56,616 nucleotides of DNA, filler included, from Chthonomonadaceae bacterium (GCA_035650735.1; 2 parts of 2 records of this genome joined end to end with filler, not necessarily neighbours in it); one strand, 5' to 3'. Positions 1-12,506 are shown, counted from the whole stretch's first letter. The notes: generated by a model from the sequence alone, not told the origin. Numbers and translations: made by a program.

Positions 1-455
1 AGAAAATCGGGCAGCGTCATCTGCCCGCTTTGCAATGCCTGCCGATAGGAATATGCGCAACAACTCAGCCGCATCCTGCCTCCTCCTTATGTCCTGCCTG
101 ATTACACTCCTGAGCGCGTTTCGCTTCTCCGCAGAGCGCCGGAGTCACGCCTCAGGAACGCACGCCAACTACCGTGCCGCGAAACCGGGAAAGTGGCCGT
201 CGGGCACGAAGCTGCCAACACCCATTTAGGGCTGCCGGCTCGAATTTCCTTCCGGCAATCGCGCTTCCGGCGGCGCATTTTCCGACAGCAGACGATCTCG
301 CTGCGCCTTTCTGCCAATGTTTTCCCGCTTGCGCGGCATTTTATGGAAAGACCTGGTAAAGCTCAGTAAATGCCTCTTGCGCCTCGACGGTGTGCCGCGC
401 CATCAGGCCGCGTCTGGATAGCGCCAGGAGGACAGGCACAGGCTGCGGGGAAGAG

Positions 456-2732
456 ATGAATACTATCCGAAGGCGTATCATGATGCTGCCCACTATCCTG
501 GTGGCGGCTTCTTTCTGCGGCGTCATCGCCTGGCAGCAGCAGGAAAACCGGCGCGGCGATATGCTGGCGCGCAGCATCCGGCAGGAAAAGCAGGCGGCGG
601 TAAATAAGCTCGTCACCCTCAAGGGCGCCAGCCTGGAGACGCTTGCCTACGATTACACCTACTGGGATGAGATGGCCCGGTTCGTGAAGACCGCAGATAA
701 AAAATGGGCCGTGATTAATCTCAATTCGGCGCTCTCGTCCTACAAGGTTACCGGTATCTGGGTCTATGATAAGCGCTGCGCGCTCGTCTATAGCGTCACC
801 GGCAGCCAGGACGCCCGGCTGAAGGCGCTGCCGCTGCCTCCTGCGATTCTGCGCGCGCTGCTGGGGGGCACTCGTTTCTGTCATCTCTTCCTGAAGACGC
901 CTGCGGGTTTGTTGGAGGTGCGTGGCGCGACCATTCATAAGTCGGCGGACGAGAAGAGGCTCGGCCCCTACTACGGCTATTTCTTTACCGGCAGGCTCTG
1001 GGATAAGGACTATCTGGCCGAGATCGCCGGGCTGACCAATTGCAGCGTGCAGCTTTTGCCCGTGCTGCCTGCTGGCGCCTCCCTGCGCGGCAGCCAAGAC
1101 AGAAATGGCTTTGAATATTCCCTGCTGTTTCCTGGATGGGATAAGAAGCCCCTAGCACGGTTGCGTTTCAGCCAGGGCATTCCCATCCTCTGGCAGCTTA
1201 ACCGGGCGACCCGCCATGTGCTGACGCTGTTCATTGGTTTTGCCGTGCTTCTGCTGGGCCTGCTGTTTGTGTGCCTTTACCGCTGGGTCAATAGGCCGCT
1301 GCGGGTGATCTTCGCCTGTTTGCAGACGCATGACACGACCCTGCTGGCGCACCTGGAGAAGGAGAAGAACGAGTATGCGGACTTAGCCTGGCTGATGCGG
1401 GCGTTCTTTGAGCAGAAGAGCGCGTTGGAACTGGAAGTCTCCGAGCGCCAACGGGCCGAAGCGGCGCTGCGGGAGGCGCGGGATGAACTGGAGGTGCGGG
1501 TTCAGCAGCGAACGGTCGCCCTGGCCGCCGCCAACGCCTCCTTGCAGGCCGAGATCACCGAGCGCAAACGCGGGGAGACGGAGATTCTGCGCCTGAACGC
1601 GCACCTGGAAAGCCGCTTAAGGCGCATCGCCGCCCTGCGCCAGATCGATATCGCCATCACCTCCAGCCTGGACTTGAGATTGACACTGAGCATCGTACTG
1701 GACCAGACCGTCGCCCAGTTGGGCATAGATGCCGCCACCGTGCTGCTGTGCAACCGGCAGACCCAGACCTTGACCTATGCCGCCGATAAAGGGTTCCGAG
1801 GGCCGACGCCGCGCGATGTGCGCCTGCCGATGGATCAGGGGCTTGCCGGGCAGGCGATCCGGCAGGGTCAGATCGTCCATATTGCGAATCTGAGCGCCGT
1901 TGATGGCTCTATCCTGCGCCCTGCCCTGTTGGAAACAGAGGGGTTTGTAGCCTATTTTGCCGTGCCGCTGATCGCCAAAGGCCAGGTGGAGGGCGTTCTG
2001 GAGCTTTTCCATCGCGCGCCTCTGGAGCCGGATGAAGAATGGCTGGCGTTTTTTGAGGCCCTGGCCGGGCAGGCGGCCATCGCCATAGACAACGCCTCTC
2101 TCTTTGAGGGCTTGCAGCGCTCCAACCAGGAGCTTACCGTCGCCTATGACGCCACTATTGAAGGCTGGTCGCGCGCCCTGGAATTGCGGGACAAGGAGAC
2201 GGAGGGACACTCGCAGCGGGTGACGCAGATGACCCTGCGCCTGGCCCGCGCTCTCAACATGAGCGAGGAGGAGATGATCTCTGTGCGCCGGGGCGCGCTG
2301 CTGCATGACATCGGCAAGATGGGCGTTCCCGATAGCATCCTGCTCAAGCCCGGAGCGCTTACTGAGGAAGAGCGCGCGATCATGTGCCTGCATACGGTCT
2401 ATGCATATGAAATGCTGGCGCCCATCACCTTCCTGCGCCAGGCCATTGACATTCCCTACTGCCACCATGAGCGGTGGGACGGCAAGGGGTATCCGCGCGG
2501 ATTGAAGGGGGAAGAGATCCCGCTGGCAGCGCGCCTGTTTGCGGTGGTGGACATCTGGGATGCGCTCTCTTCCAACCGTCCCTATCGCCAGGCATGGCCG
2601 TCGGAGAAGGTGCGCGAACATCTCCGCTCGCTGGCAGGGAATCATCTGGACCCGCAGGCCGTGGAGCTTTTCCTGCGCGTCACAGCCGAGGATAGGGCAC
2701 AGAGCCAGGAGGTTATTTTGAAGGCAGCCTGA
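456..2732 (+). CDS. Membrane-anchored HD-GYP c-di-GMP phosphodiesterase with periplasmic CHASE4-like sensor, coiled coil and GAF domain
   Basis: ATG at 456 after a purine-rich SD. TM segment, CHASE4-like DYTYWDEM, second TM, GAF (AVPLIAKGQVEGVLE), then HD-GYP motifs LHDIGK and HHERWDGKGYP. Confidence 0.9.
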   Translation: MNTIRRRIMMLPTILVAASFCGVIAWQQQENRRGDMLARSIRQEKQAAVNKLVTLKGASLETLAYDYTYWDEMARFVKTADKKWAVINLNSALSSYKVTGIWVYDKRCALVYSVTGSQDARLKALPLPPAILRALLGGTRFCHLFLKTPAGLLEVRGATIHKSADEKRLGPYYGYFFTGRLWDKDYLAEIAGLTNCSVQLLPVLPAGASLRGSQDRNGFEYSLLFPGWDKKPLARLRFSQGIPILWQLNRATRHVLTLFIGFAVLLLGLLFVCLYRWVNRPLRVIFACLQTHDTTLLAHLEKEKNEYADLAWLMRAFFEQKSALELEVSERQRAEAALREARDELEVRVQQRTVALAAANASLQAEITERKRGETEILRLNAHLESRLRRIAALRQIDIAITSSLDLRLTLSIVLDQTVAQLGIDAATVLLCNRQTQTLTYAADKGFRGPTPRDVRLPMDQGLAGQAIRQGQIVHIANLSAVDGSILRPALLETEGFVAYFAVPLIAKGQVEGVLELFHRAPLEPDEEWLAFFEALAGQAAIAIDNASLFEGLQRSNQELTVAYDATIEGWSRALELRDKETEGHSQRVTQMTLRLARALNMSEEEMISVRRGALLHDIGKMGVPDSILLKPGALTEEERAIMCLHTVYAYEMLAPITFLRQAIDIPYCHHERWDGKGYPRGLKGEEIPLAARLFAVVDIWDALSSNRPYRQAWPSEKVREHLRSLAGNHLDPQAVELFLRVTAEDRAQSQEVILKAA

Positions 2733-2759
2733 GAAGCGCGCGACCTAACCAGCGGCAGG

Positions 2760-3908
2760 CTACCCAATATGGAATAGCTTGCCCAGGGCGTAGGTAACGC
2801 CGCCGGTGATGAGTCCGATAATGGTCATCTCCAAGCCGCTAGCCCACCAGGAGCGTGCCGTAATCAGGCTTTTGGCCGCGCCAACCACGAAGTGGGCGGC
2901 CATGCCGACGACAGCCGCCGCGATGATCGCCGCCGCGCCGCCTAGAAAGAAGAAGGGCAGCACCGGAAGGAGGCCGCCGACTGCTGTAGACAGCGCCGCA
3001 GAGGCCGCTCCGATCCAGGGGTTGGGGAAATGGCGCTCGCTCAGGCCCAGCTCCTCCTGCGCCATCGTCTTGAGGAACTGCTCCGGGTTGGAGGCGATCC
3101 GATCCGCCATCATCTGCGCCTCTTCCGCCGAGAAGCCTTTCAGTTGATAGAGCAGTCCCAGCTCCTCTTTCTCGTGGGCGGGCGATTGCTCGATCTCGGC
3201 GCGTTCCCGCGCGATCTCGGCGGAATAGACTTCCCGCTCCGACTTGCCCGCCATATAGGCGCTGGCTCCCATCGAAAGCGCCGAGGCCAGCATCGCCACC
3301 ATGCCGGATACCAGCACGATCCGATCCCCGCCGGCAGCGCCTGCCGCGCCCGCCATGCCGCTGATGACTCCAAACACCGCGCCCAGGCCGTCGTTAATTC
3401 CGTAGATGGCGTCGCCGATCCAGCTTCCGGTGGAAACGTGCCACTTTTCGCCTTTCAGCATGGCTTCCAGCCGGGTGCGCGGCTCCTCGGGCGCCTTGAG
3501 CGAATGGATGAGGGCGGCGTGCTGCTTCTCTTCGTTTTCGATGCGGATAAAGAGCGCGTGGGATTGGGCGTCGGCGGCGAGCGCCTGGGCATGGCGGTCA
3601 AATTGGGCTATGTTGCGCTCTTCTTCCGCCTCCAGGCGCCGAAGCATGGCGTCCGTGCCGAGCGTGTGGGCCATCAGGCGCTGCGCGGCGGTCGGCTCCG
3701 TGCCGTTGTGCGGGACGGTGCCGCCCAGCGCGGCGATGCGGTCGGCAAACTCGCGGGCGTGGCCCTCCTCCGCCTCTGCCAGACGCAGGAATATGTTTCT
3801 CCGCCGCTCATCTTCCTGCTGCTCGCTCAGCAGGCGGTAGAGCCGCGCGGCCTCAATCTCGCGCTCCCAGGCCGCCCGCAGCGCCGCAACAACCTTGTGA
3901 TCCTTCAC
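2760..3908 (-). CDS. VIT1/CCC1 iron/manganese transporter with N-terminal ferritin/rubrerythrin-like domain
   Basis: ExxH motifs (EEGH, EKQH) in the N-terminal half; VIT1 motifs DAIYGINDGL and ALSMGASAY. GTG start at 3908 after AAGGA (the ORF track starts at 3935). Confidence 0.88.
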   Translation of the reverse strand: MKDHKVVAALRAAWEREIEAARLYRLLSEQQEDERRRNIFLRLAEAEEGHAREFADRIAALGGTVPHNGTEPTAAQRLMAHTLGTDAMLRRLEAEEERNIAQFDRHAQALAADAQSHALFIRIENEEKQHAALIHSLKAPEEPRTRLEAMLKGEKWHVSTGSWIGDAIYGINDGLGAVFGVISGMAGAAGAAGGDRIVLVSGMVAMLASALSMGASAYMAGKSEREVYSAEIARERAEIEQSPAHEKEELGLLYQLKGFSAEEAQMMADRIASNPEQFLKTMAQEELGLSERHFPNPWIGAASAALSTAVGGLLPVLPFFFLGGAAAIIAAAVVGMAAHFVVGAAKSLITARSWWASGLEMTIIGLITGGVTYALGKLFHIG

Positions 3909-3999
3909 GCTACATCCTTTCGGCAGCCTAAACACCCATACAGAGTCACTTCGTAGTTCTCTGAGGTTGAAACTCTACGAAGTGACGGCGAGAATAGGT

Positions 4000-4728
4000 T
4001 TAGTCCGCACGTTTCCGACAACGCGCGACCAGCACGGCGGGCACTTCCTGATAGCCGGGGACGCGCCCGGCAACCTCCTCCTGCGCCTGCGGCTCCGCCA
4101 TGCGCTCCAGAGTCAATCCAGTCTCTGCCAGCGCATTGAGATAGGTGCTCAGCATCCGATGGTAGGCTCCTACTTTGCCCCGGACGCCTCCCGCGTTATC
4201 GGAGCGCCAGAACCCCTCCTTGAAATAGCCGCGCACCTCGCGTTTCACCGTTCCGCCCGCCTTGCCGGTCCAGCGGGAGTCCGGCACCTGGAAGCAGGGA
4301 TGCGTGATCGCAAAGACAAACCATCCGCCAGGCCGCAGAATGCGCGCGACCATGCACAGGCACGTCGACAGGTCGGGCATGTCCATCAAGGCCAGAGAGC
4401 AGACCACGCCCTCAAACGTGTTGTCTGCAACCTCGGTCAGCGCCTGCGCGTCGCCCCACCGATAGACGATGCCCAGCGGCTCGGCTTGCTCATAGCGGCG
4501 CGCGATCTCCAGCAACCGGTCGGAAAGGTCTATGCCGATGACCTGCGCGCCGCGCTGCGCCAGGCCGCGCGTGACGATGCCCTGCCCGCACGCCAGATCG
4601 CAGATACGGCTTCCCTGCACGTCGCCGATCAACTCAAAGAGCGCCGGAAGGACCAGCGCATGAACTGGCGAGCCTGTCAGGAAGCCCTGATCATACCACT
4701 CTGCGATTTCGTCATAAGCGGAAAGCAT
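4000..4728 (-). CDS. Class I SAM-dependent methyltransferase
   Basis: DLACGQG, GIDLS, GDAQAL and ILRPGGWF motifs; ATG at 4728. Confidence 0.88.
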   Translation of the reverse strand: MLSAYDEIAEWYDQGFLTGSPVHALVLPALFELIGDVQGSRICDLACGQGIVTRGLAQRGAQVIGIDLSDRLLEIARRYEQAEPLGIVYRWGDAQALTEVADNTFEGVVCSLALMDMPDLSTCLCMVARILRPGGWFVFAITHPCFQVPDSRWTGKAGGTVKREVRGYFKEGFWRSDNAGGVRGKVGAYHRMLSTYLNALAETGLTLERMAEPQAQEEVAGRVPGYQEVPAVLVARCRKRAD

Positions 4729-4741
4729 GGTACGCAGCCCG

Positions 4742-6910
<2,169 letters not shown>

Positions 6911-6996
6911 TGCAGACTCCCAGAGAAGAAGATAGTAGACATTACATGCCTATACCGGAGATTTCCGTCCGTAGTTCCGCCGCGGTCGGGTGGCTG

Positions 6997-7147
6997 CGGG
7001 CGAATCAATTCGCGGCAACAAAGGCACAAAGTCGCCCTGCGGCGACTAAAGACCTCACCCCCGATCCCTCTCCTTGGGAAGGAGAGGGGAGAAACGAACC
7101 CGCGCAGGCGGGTTTAGCGCTTTTGTTGCTGCGGCTTTAGCCGCCCG
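6997..7147. repeat. Composite REP-like palindromic element (similar copy at 56412-56532)
   Basis: Shared blocks CGGGCGAAT.AATT.GCGGCAA, CCTCACCCC..CCCTCTCC..GGAGAGGGG and GCTTTTGTTGCTGCGG.TTTA.CCGCCCG occur in both copies. Confidence 0.7.
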
Positions 7148-7370
7148 AAAAGCTACCTGTCCGCCCTTAAACCTGTGCGGAAGGGGATGCAATAGCGGCA
7201 ATAATAGGTCGTGTAATGCCCTATATTTCCTCAATGGGCGCTATTTATCCTGCGGTTAGTTGGCGCTGCACCCTGAGATTTTATACGGCGCGCAGACATA
7301 ATACAAGATAGGGCGGCACAGGGGGAACTCATGTTTCTGGCGTGCGCCTGGAAAGGAGCCACCTGCACGG

Positions 7371-8369
7371 ATGGGAGCGCTGGTGAAGTCGCAAGAGATA
7401 CGCCTGGCAATGCTGGGCCTGGTAGAGGGCAACGGGCACCCTTACTCATGGAGCGCCATCTTCAACGGTTATGAGTCCGAGGCGATGGCCCACTGTCCCT
7501 ATCCGGCCATTCCGGCCTACCTGAGCCGGCAGCCAAAAGCGGCGTTCGGCATTCCCGGTGCGCGCGTCACCCATATCTGGACGGATGATCCGGAGGAGGC
7601 GCCGCGCGTGGCCAGGGCCGCCTGCATCCCCCATATCCTTCGGCAGGCCGAGGAGGCCATCGGGCAGGTGGACGCCGTGATCGTGGCGACGGATAGGGGG
7701 GAGGAGCATGTGGCGCGCTGCCGCCCGTTTGTGGAGGCCGGACTGCCCGTCTATGTGGATAAGCCGCTGGTGGACAATGAGGCCGACCTGCAAACCTTTT
7801 GCCGGTGGGTAGAGCAGGGTGCGCACATACTCTCCTCAAGCTGTATGCGCTACTGCAAGGAGTTTCTGCCCTATCGCGCCTCCACGCATAACTTAGGTGA
7901 GCTCCGATTTGCCACCATCACCACGCCCAAAAGCTGGGAGCGCTACGGCATCCACGCCCTGGAGGGAATCTATCCTATCTTGGGGCCGGGGTTCCTCTCC
8001 GCCCGCAACGTCGGCACGGCAGAGCGCAACGTGGTGCATCTGGAGCATACCTGCGGGGCCGACATCATTGCGGCGGCCACGTCGGATATGTACGGCGGGT
8101 TTGGCGCATTGCAGTTGTGCGGCACCGCCGGGCACGCGCAGGCTGCCTTTGCCGATACCTTCTATGCCTTTAAGGCCCAGCTTGCCGACTTCATTGGCTA
8201 CCTGCGGACCGGCGTGCGCTCCTATTCCTTCACGGAAACGGTAGAGCTCATGCGGCTGCTCATCGCTGGGATTCGCAGCCGCGAGGAGGGCGGACGCCGG
8301 GTTCCTCTGTGCGAGATCTCCCCCGGCGTGGAATTCGAACAGGCAGGTTCTCATGGCTATTCTAGATAA
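7371..8369 (+). CDS. Gfo/Idh/MocA-family oxidoreductase
   Basis: GNGHPYSWSAIFNG, VDKPL and YGIHALE motifs. Confidence 0.8.
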   Translation: MGALVKSQEIRLAMLGLVEGNGHPYSWSAIFNGYESEAMAHCPYPAIPAYLSRQPKAAFGIPGARVTHIWTDDPEEAPRVARAACIPHILRQAEEAIGQVDAVIVATDRGEEHVARCRPFVEAGLPVYVDKPLVDNEADLQTFCRWVEQGAHILSSSCMRYCKEFLPYRASTHNLGELRFATITTPKSWERYGIHALEGIYPILGPGFLSARNVGTAERNVVHLEHTCGADIIAAATSDMYGGFGALQLCGTAGHAQAAFADTFYAFKAQLADFIGYLRTGVRSYSFTETVELMRLLIAGIRSREEGGRRVPLCEISPGVEFEQAGSHGYSR

Positions 8370-9138
8370 GTTTGCTTTGCAGGGCAAGGTGGCATTGGTG
8401 ACCGGCGGCGCGGGACGCTATGGCCGGCAGATCGTGGCGGCGCTGGCGGAGGCGGGCGCGCAGACCTATATGGCCGCGCGCAGCCTGGAGGCGCTGGAAG
8501 CGGTTGCCGCCGCGCATCGGGCCGCAGGGCGCGATGTGGCCGCTCTCCCGCTCGATCAAACGAACGAGGGCTCGATTCTGGCGCTGCGGGAGGCGATCCT
8601 GGCGCGCAGCGGGCGCGTGGATGTGCTGGTCAATAACGCGGTGGCGCGGCCCATGACCCAGGGCTTTCACGACGACGCGGCCCGCTTTGCCGAAAGTATG
8701 CAGGCCAACGCCACCGGCCTTTTTATGATCACGCGCGCGTTCGGCGACGTGATGGCCGGGCAGGGCGGCGGCGCGATCATCAACATCGGCTCCATTCAGG
8801 GCATGGTTGGCCCGGACCCGACGCTCTACCGGGAGACGGAGATGCACGGCTGGTATCCCGATTATTTCTTTCACAAGGGCGGCCTGATCAACCTGACTCG
8901 CTTCGTCGCCAGCTACTACGGTCCGCAGGGCGTCCGCTGCAACTGTATCAGCGCGGGCGGGCTTTTCTCAGAATCCATGCCGGAGCCGTTCGTGCGCCAG
9001 TATAGCGACCGCACGTTCCTGGGCCGGCTCGCCAACGATACCGACCTGATGGGCATCGTCGTCTTCCTGGCATCGGACGCCTCCCTCTACATTACCGGCG
9101 CTAATATCCCCGTAGACGGCGGCTACACCGCCAAATAA
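8353..9138 (+). CDS. SDR-family oxidoreductase
   Basis: TGGAGRYG, VNNA, YxxxK (YFFHK) and ITGANIPVDGG; overlaps the upstream gene, consistent with an operon. Confidence 0.92.
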   Translation: MAILDKFALQGKVALVTGGAGRYGRQIVAALAEAGAQTYMAARSLEALEAVAAAHRAAGRDVAALPLDQTNEGSILALREAILARSGRVDVLVNNAVARPMTQGFHDDAARFAESMQANATGLFMITRAFGDVMAGQGGGAIINIGSIQGMVGPDPTLYRETEMHGWYPDYFFHKGGLINLTRFVASYYGPQGVRCNCISAGGLFSESMPEPFVRQYSDRTFLGRLANDTDLMGIVVFLASDASLYITGANIPVDGGYTAK

Positions 9139-9224
9139 GCGCGGTATACATAAACACGGATGGGACGGATGACTCGGATAACACGGATTACCAATTTATG
9201 ATCCTGGTTGTACTTATCTAGCCG

Positions 9225-9475
9225 ATGCCAACTGATGCAAAGGAGCTTACCTTGCGCTTGAAGCATGAGGAACTGACGGGCAAGATTATCAGTATCTTTT
9301 ATGCCGTTTATAATGAGTTAGGGCATGGCTTCATCGAGGGAGTATATGAAGCAGCCATGAAGATCGCACTGGAAGAGGCTGGCTTCCAAATACGGCAACA
9401 AGTTCCGATTACCGTCTGGTTTCGAGGCCAGCAAATCGGAGATTTTCGCGCGGACTTACTCGTCAATGATACGGC
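9225..9475 (+). pseudogene. Truncated GxxExxY protein (PD-(D/E)xK-like)
   Basis: LGHGFIEGVYE motif and FRADLLVND, after which similarity stops and the VELK half is missing. Preceded by CGGAT-periodic repeats at about 9153-9189. Confidence 0.75.
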
Positions 9476-9615
9476 GAGGGAAGCACAAGGGCTCCCCTCG
9501 CTTTTTTTGGCGCTACGAAAAGATTTTAGAGAAATTTTAGACCTTGCCGGTAGAATGAGCGCGAACATACCGCAGGCAGACGGAATAGACCTACCCGCGA
9601 AAGGAGACTTCCCGC

Positions 9616-11340
9616 ATGAAACCGCGTTTCGTTCTCATTCTCTTTGCCGTCCTCGCTCTGGCCGCACTCTTCTTCTCCCCGGCCCAAGCCGAGGTGCCGC
9701 CAGGCACACTCCAGCCCAACGACTTGCTGGTCGGGCAGGAGGGCGGTATCGCCCTCTATAGCTGGCCGGATGGAACCTTCAAGGGTTACTTCATCAATCC
9801 CGGCACCTTTCCTGACCAGGATAGTTTCAACACCGACGGTAACACCAGAAACAGCACCGTCTTCGGTCCAGATGGCAACCTGTACGTGACCATTACGGAC
9901 CCCTATTCCCGTATAGCGCGCTTTAACGGAACCACCGGCGCTTATATGGATGATTTCGTTCCGCCTCTGAGTGGCGGGCTTGACGGCGCGAGGGGACTAG
10001 CGTTCGGACTCAATGGTGATCTGTACGTCTCCTGTGGGGGCTGGCGTCCTGGCGCGACGGTCGAAACCTACGACACCACCGCCTCGCTCGGGCCGGTGAT
10101 CCTGCGGTTGAACGGCAGAACCGGCGCGTTTATCAGCGCCATCCAAACTTCACCCTTCAGCGATGAACCAAACTACCTGGTCACTGGCGCGGACGGCAAC
10201 ATCTATTACAACACCACCCTTGGCATTGCAATCCATAAGCTCGACGTGCAAAATCAGACGATCACCCCGTGGTCGTGGTCGGATTTTTTCGATACGCCGG
10301 GCCAGATGGAGTTCGGGCCAGACGGAAGGCTATGGGCAACATCAACATTGAACAGATCGGATGGCGCCACCTCTGGCTCTATTACAGTTTTTGGGCCAGG
10401 CTCTTCTACCGCCTACCCCGGCGTCTATCCCGCCGATCTCGCCTTCGGCCCCGATGGGCGACTCTATTTTAACAACATCCTTAACGATGAGCTCCGATAC
10501 CTCGATCTAACGACCGGAAGAACGATACGGCTCTTTGGGATCGGGTACGCCTACTATACGCCCGGCATCCTGCTCTTCGTGCGTGGGGCCACATCGGTCG
10601 GGACCTCGGTCACCATAAAACCGACCACAACGGCTTCGCTCACCTTCGATCAGGTGACCGCGTCTGGCCAGACGAGCGTGACCCCTCTGGACAGCGCGAG
10701 CGCCAACCTACCTCCGAACTTCGAGATCGCCGGGCAAACGAGCGGCTTCCCCACCTATTTTGATATCACGTCCACGGCTTCTTTCACGGGTGCGGTACAG
10801 ATAGGCATCGCCTACGACCCGGCCCAGTTCCCCTACGACCCGGTCGCTAATCCGACCGGAGACAAACCTGCCCTCCTGCATTTCGTCAATGGAGCGTGGG
10901 TAGATATCACCACAAGCATTGATACGGTCAACCACAAGGTCTACGGGCAGACGTTTAGCTTCTCGCCCTTCGCCATCGCCAAGAGGCATCTGCTCTCCTG
11001 GTCCGGGGTCTTGCAGCCCATCAACGCTGATGGCTCTTCGGTCTTCAAGCGGGGCAGCACCGTTCCGGTCAAATTCCAACTGACGGGGGCGAGTGCGAGC
11101 ATCACCAACCTCAACGCCAAGCTCTACCTCGCCCAGGCGGACTCGGTAGACCCGATCACCGCCAATGAGGCTGTCTCCACCTCGGCCGCCGACACGGGCA
11201 ATACCTTCCGCTACGACCCGACGGCGGGGCAGTATATCTTCAATCTGAGCACCACCAACCTCTCGCAGGGGACCTGGTATCTGCGGATAGACCTGGGCGA
11301 CGGCACCAACAACATCGTCCGCGTCAAGCTCAAGAAGTAA
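9616..11340 (+). CDS. Secreted protein with NHL/Vgb-like beta-propeller repeats, a central beta domain and a C-terminal PxKF domain
   Basis: Signal peptide, repeated FGPDGxLY units, C-terminal GSTVPVKFQL...FRYD...QYIFNL; SD AAGGAG. Confidence 0.8.
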   Translation: MKPRFVLILFAVLALAALFFSPAQAEVPPGTLQPNDLLVGQEGGIALYSWPDGTFKGYFINPGTFPDQDSFNTDGNTRNSTVFGPDGNLYVTITDPYSRIARFNGTTGAYMDDFVPPLSGGLDGARGLAFGLNGDLYVSCGGWRPGATVETYDTTASLGPVILRLNGRTGAFISAIQTSPFSDEPNYLVTGADGNIYYNTTLGIAIHKLDVQNQTITPWSWSDFFDTPGQMEFGPDGRLWATSTLNRSDGATSGSITVFGPGSSTAYPGVYPADLAFGPDGRLYFNNILNDELRYLDLTTGRTIRLFGIGYAYYTPGILLFVRGATSVGTSVTIKPTTTASLTFDQVTASGQTSVTPLDSASANLPPNFEIAGQTSGFPTYFDITSTASFTGAVQIGIAYDPAQFPYDPVANPTGDKPALLHFVNGAWVDITTSIDTVNHKVYGQTFSFSPFAIAKRHLLSWSGVLQPINADGSSVFKRGSTVPVKFQLTGASASITNLNAKLYLAQADSVDPITANEAVSTSAADTGNTFRYDPTAGQYIFNLSTTNLSQGTWYLRIDLGDGTNNIVRVKLKK

Positions 11341-11384
11341 GCGGGCCTGCCAGGCTCCTAGCCTTGAGGGCCACTCCTTCAAGA

Positions 11385-11429
11385 CAGAACGTCTCCCAGG
11401 CAGTTTTGCGGGAGACGTTCTGCTTGTTT
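11385..11429 (+). terminator. Intrinsic terminator-like hairpin
   Basis: 13-bp stem CAGAACGTCTCCC/GGGAGACGTTCTG followed by CTTGTTT, 45 bp after the stop of 9616-11340. Confidence 0.6.
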
Positions 11430-11948
11430 GATCTCGGGCGGTTGCAGTTGGTGTCGCAGAAAAGAGGCATCGCTCCTATGCCGGGCATATCCTCGGCAGG
11501 AGAGATCCTTATTTGCAATTGAAAATGTCCCGGCTTAAAAGGCCAACGATGCTTCCGGACAAAAAATCGGGACCGTCTTTAAGGACGGCCCCAATGGGAG
11601 GGTCTGTATCTCACGTTCTCTGTGTGGAACGCACATCGGTAAATCGAAATGGAGTGCTTGTTCAGCCCTCGCAAGCCAGCCCGGCGACTATGCGGGCGGC
11701 CATTCTCATATGGCGGCAGCGCGGCCCTGCCTCCGCAGCCAGCCTGCGCGCCGGCTCCGCACAAGAGGCAGCGTGGGAAATCTACGCTTTTTCAGCTAAA
11801 AGCGCACGGGATGCGAATGTGACAATCGTGCGATAAGGAACGGAGAGCCGATCCGACACTCGACTACTCCGCAATGGAGGCGGAAAGCGGAAAGGGGGTT
11901 TTTCGGCGTTCACGAGCCCCTCGCGCTCTATGCCTCGCAGCCTAATTT

Positions 11949-11977
11949 CGGTTCACCCCCACGTGCGTGGGGAAAGG
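11949..11977 (-). CRISPR. Solitary type I-E-like CRISPR repeat (no array)
   Basis: Minus strand reads CCTTTCCCCACGCACGTGGGGGTGAACCG: 29 nt, CCCCACG/CGTGGGG hairpin and AACCG 3' end as in type I-E repeats. No second copy about 61 bp away and no cas genes in the window. Confidence 0.6.
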
Positions 11978-12313
11978 TTTGGTGCATATATGCGCGGCGG
12001 CAGGCTGTGTCCCGCCCGCGCATTTCGCTACACTAAATTCTACGCTCTCTCCTCTATGTAACACTATAGACGGGACAGAAGTTCCTGCGTTTCTGTTTTT
12101 TGGCGCCTTAGCCGACTTTTTTTACCCAAGAAGTCAACAAAAGAAGCATCTCTGTAATGATATTGATAACCGCAAACCGGGAAATGTTCACACCCGGCTG
12201 GCAAAGATCGCGAAAAAACTTTCCCTCCGGGCAAGGCTTGCCGAGGCCGGCAACGAGGTGGAGAGGCTGAAATGCGTCACGCCGCAGCCTCCCCCCTTGT
12301 CGGCTGCCGGAAG

Positions 12314-12506
12314 CTAGTAGTCCATCCAGGTAGAACGTTGGCATAGCCTTGAGATAGAGGTAGACACTCCCAGCCGTGTGGATCAATCTCACGCAGCCTG
12401 CTGCTGAGGAGATACGTCCACACCGTTGGGAGGGATTACCGAGATAGACGGAATGCTAGGCTTATCTCATGACCCATACAAACTTTCTACCTTGAAGGAG
12501 TACTAG
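12314..12506. mobile_element. MITE with imperfect terminal inverted repeats, flanked by CTAG and containing a nested second MITE
   Basis: Left end CTAG-TAGTCCATCCAGGTAGAACGTT; reverse complement of right end CTAG-TACTCCTTCAAGGTAGAAAGTT. The right CTAG is the stop codon of gene 12503-13153. Confidence 0.7.
12359..12440. mobile_element. 82-bp IS1-like MITE with 8-bp target duplication (copy 1)
   Basis: GAGATAGA at 12351-12358 and 12441-12448; imperfect IRs GGTAGACACTCCCA/GGTAATCCCTCCCA; 81/82 identical to the inverted copy at 23930-24011. Confidence 0.85.

Noticed and set aside
351..363. 13-mer ACCTGGTAAAGCT shared with the flhA promoter (42245-42257, reverse strand), plus GCCGATAG at 41-48
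   Set aside because: Chance 13-mer matches are expected in 56 kb, and no correctly spaced sigma28 -35/-10 pair is present upstream of the HD-GYP gene.
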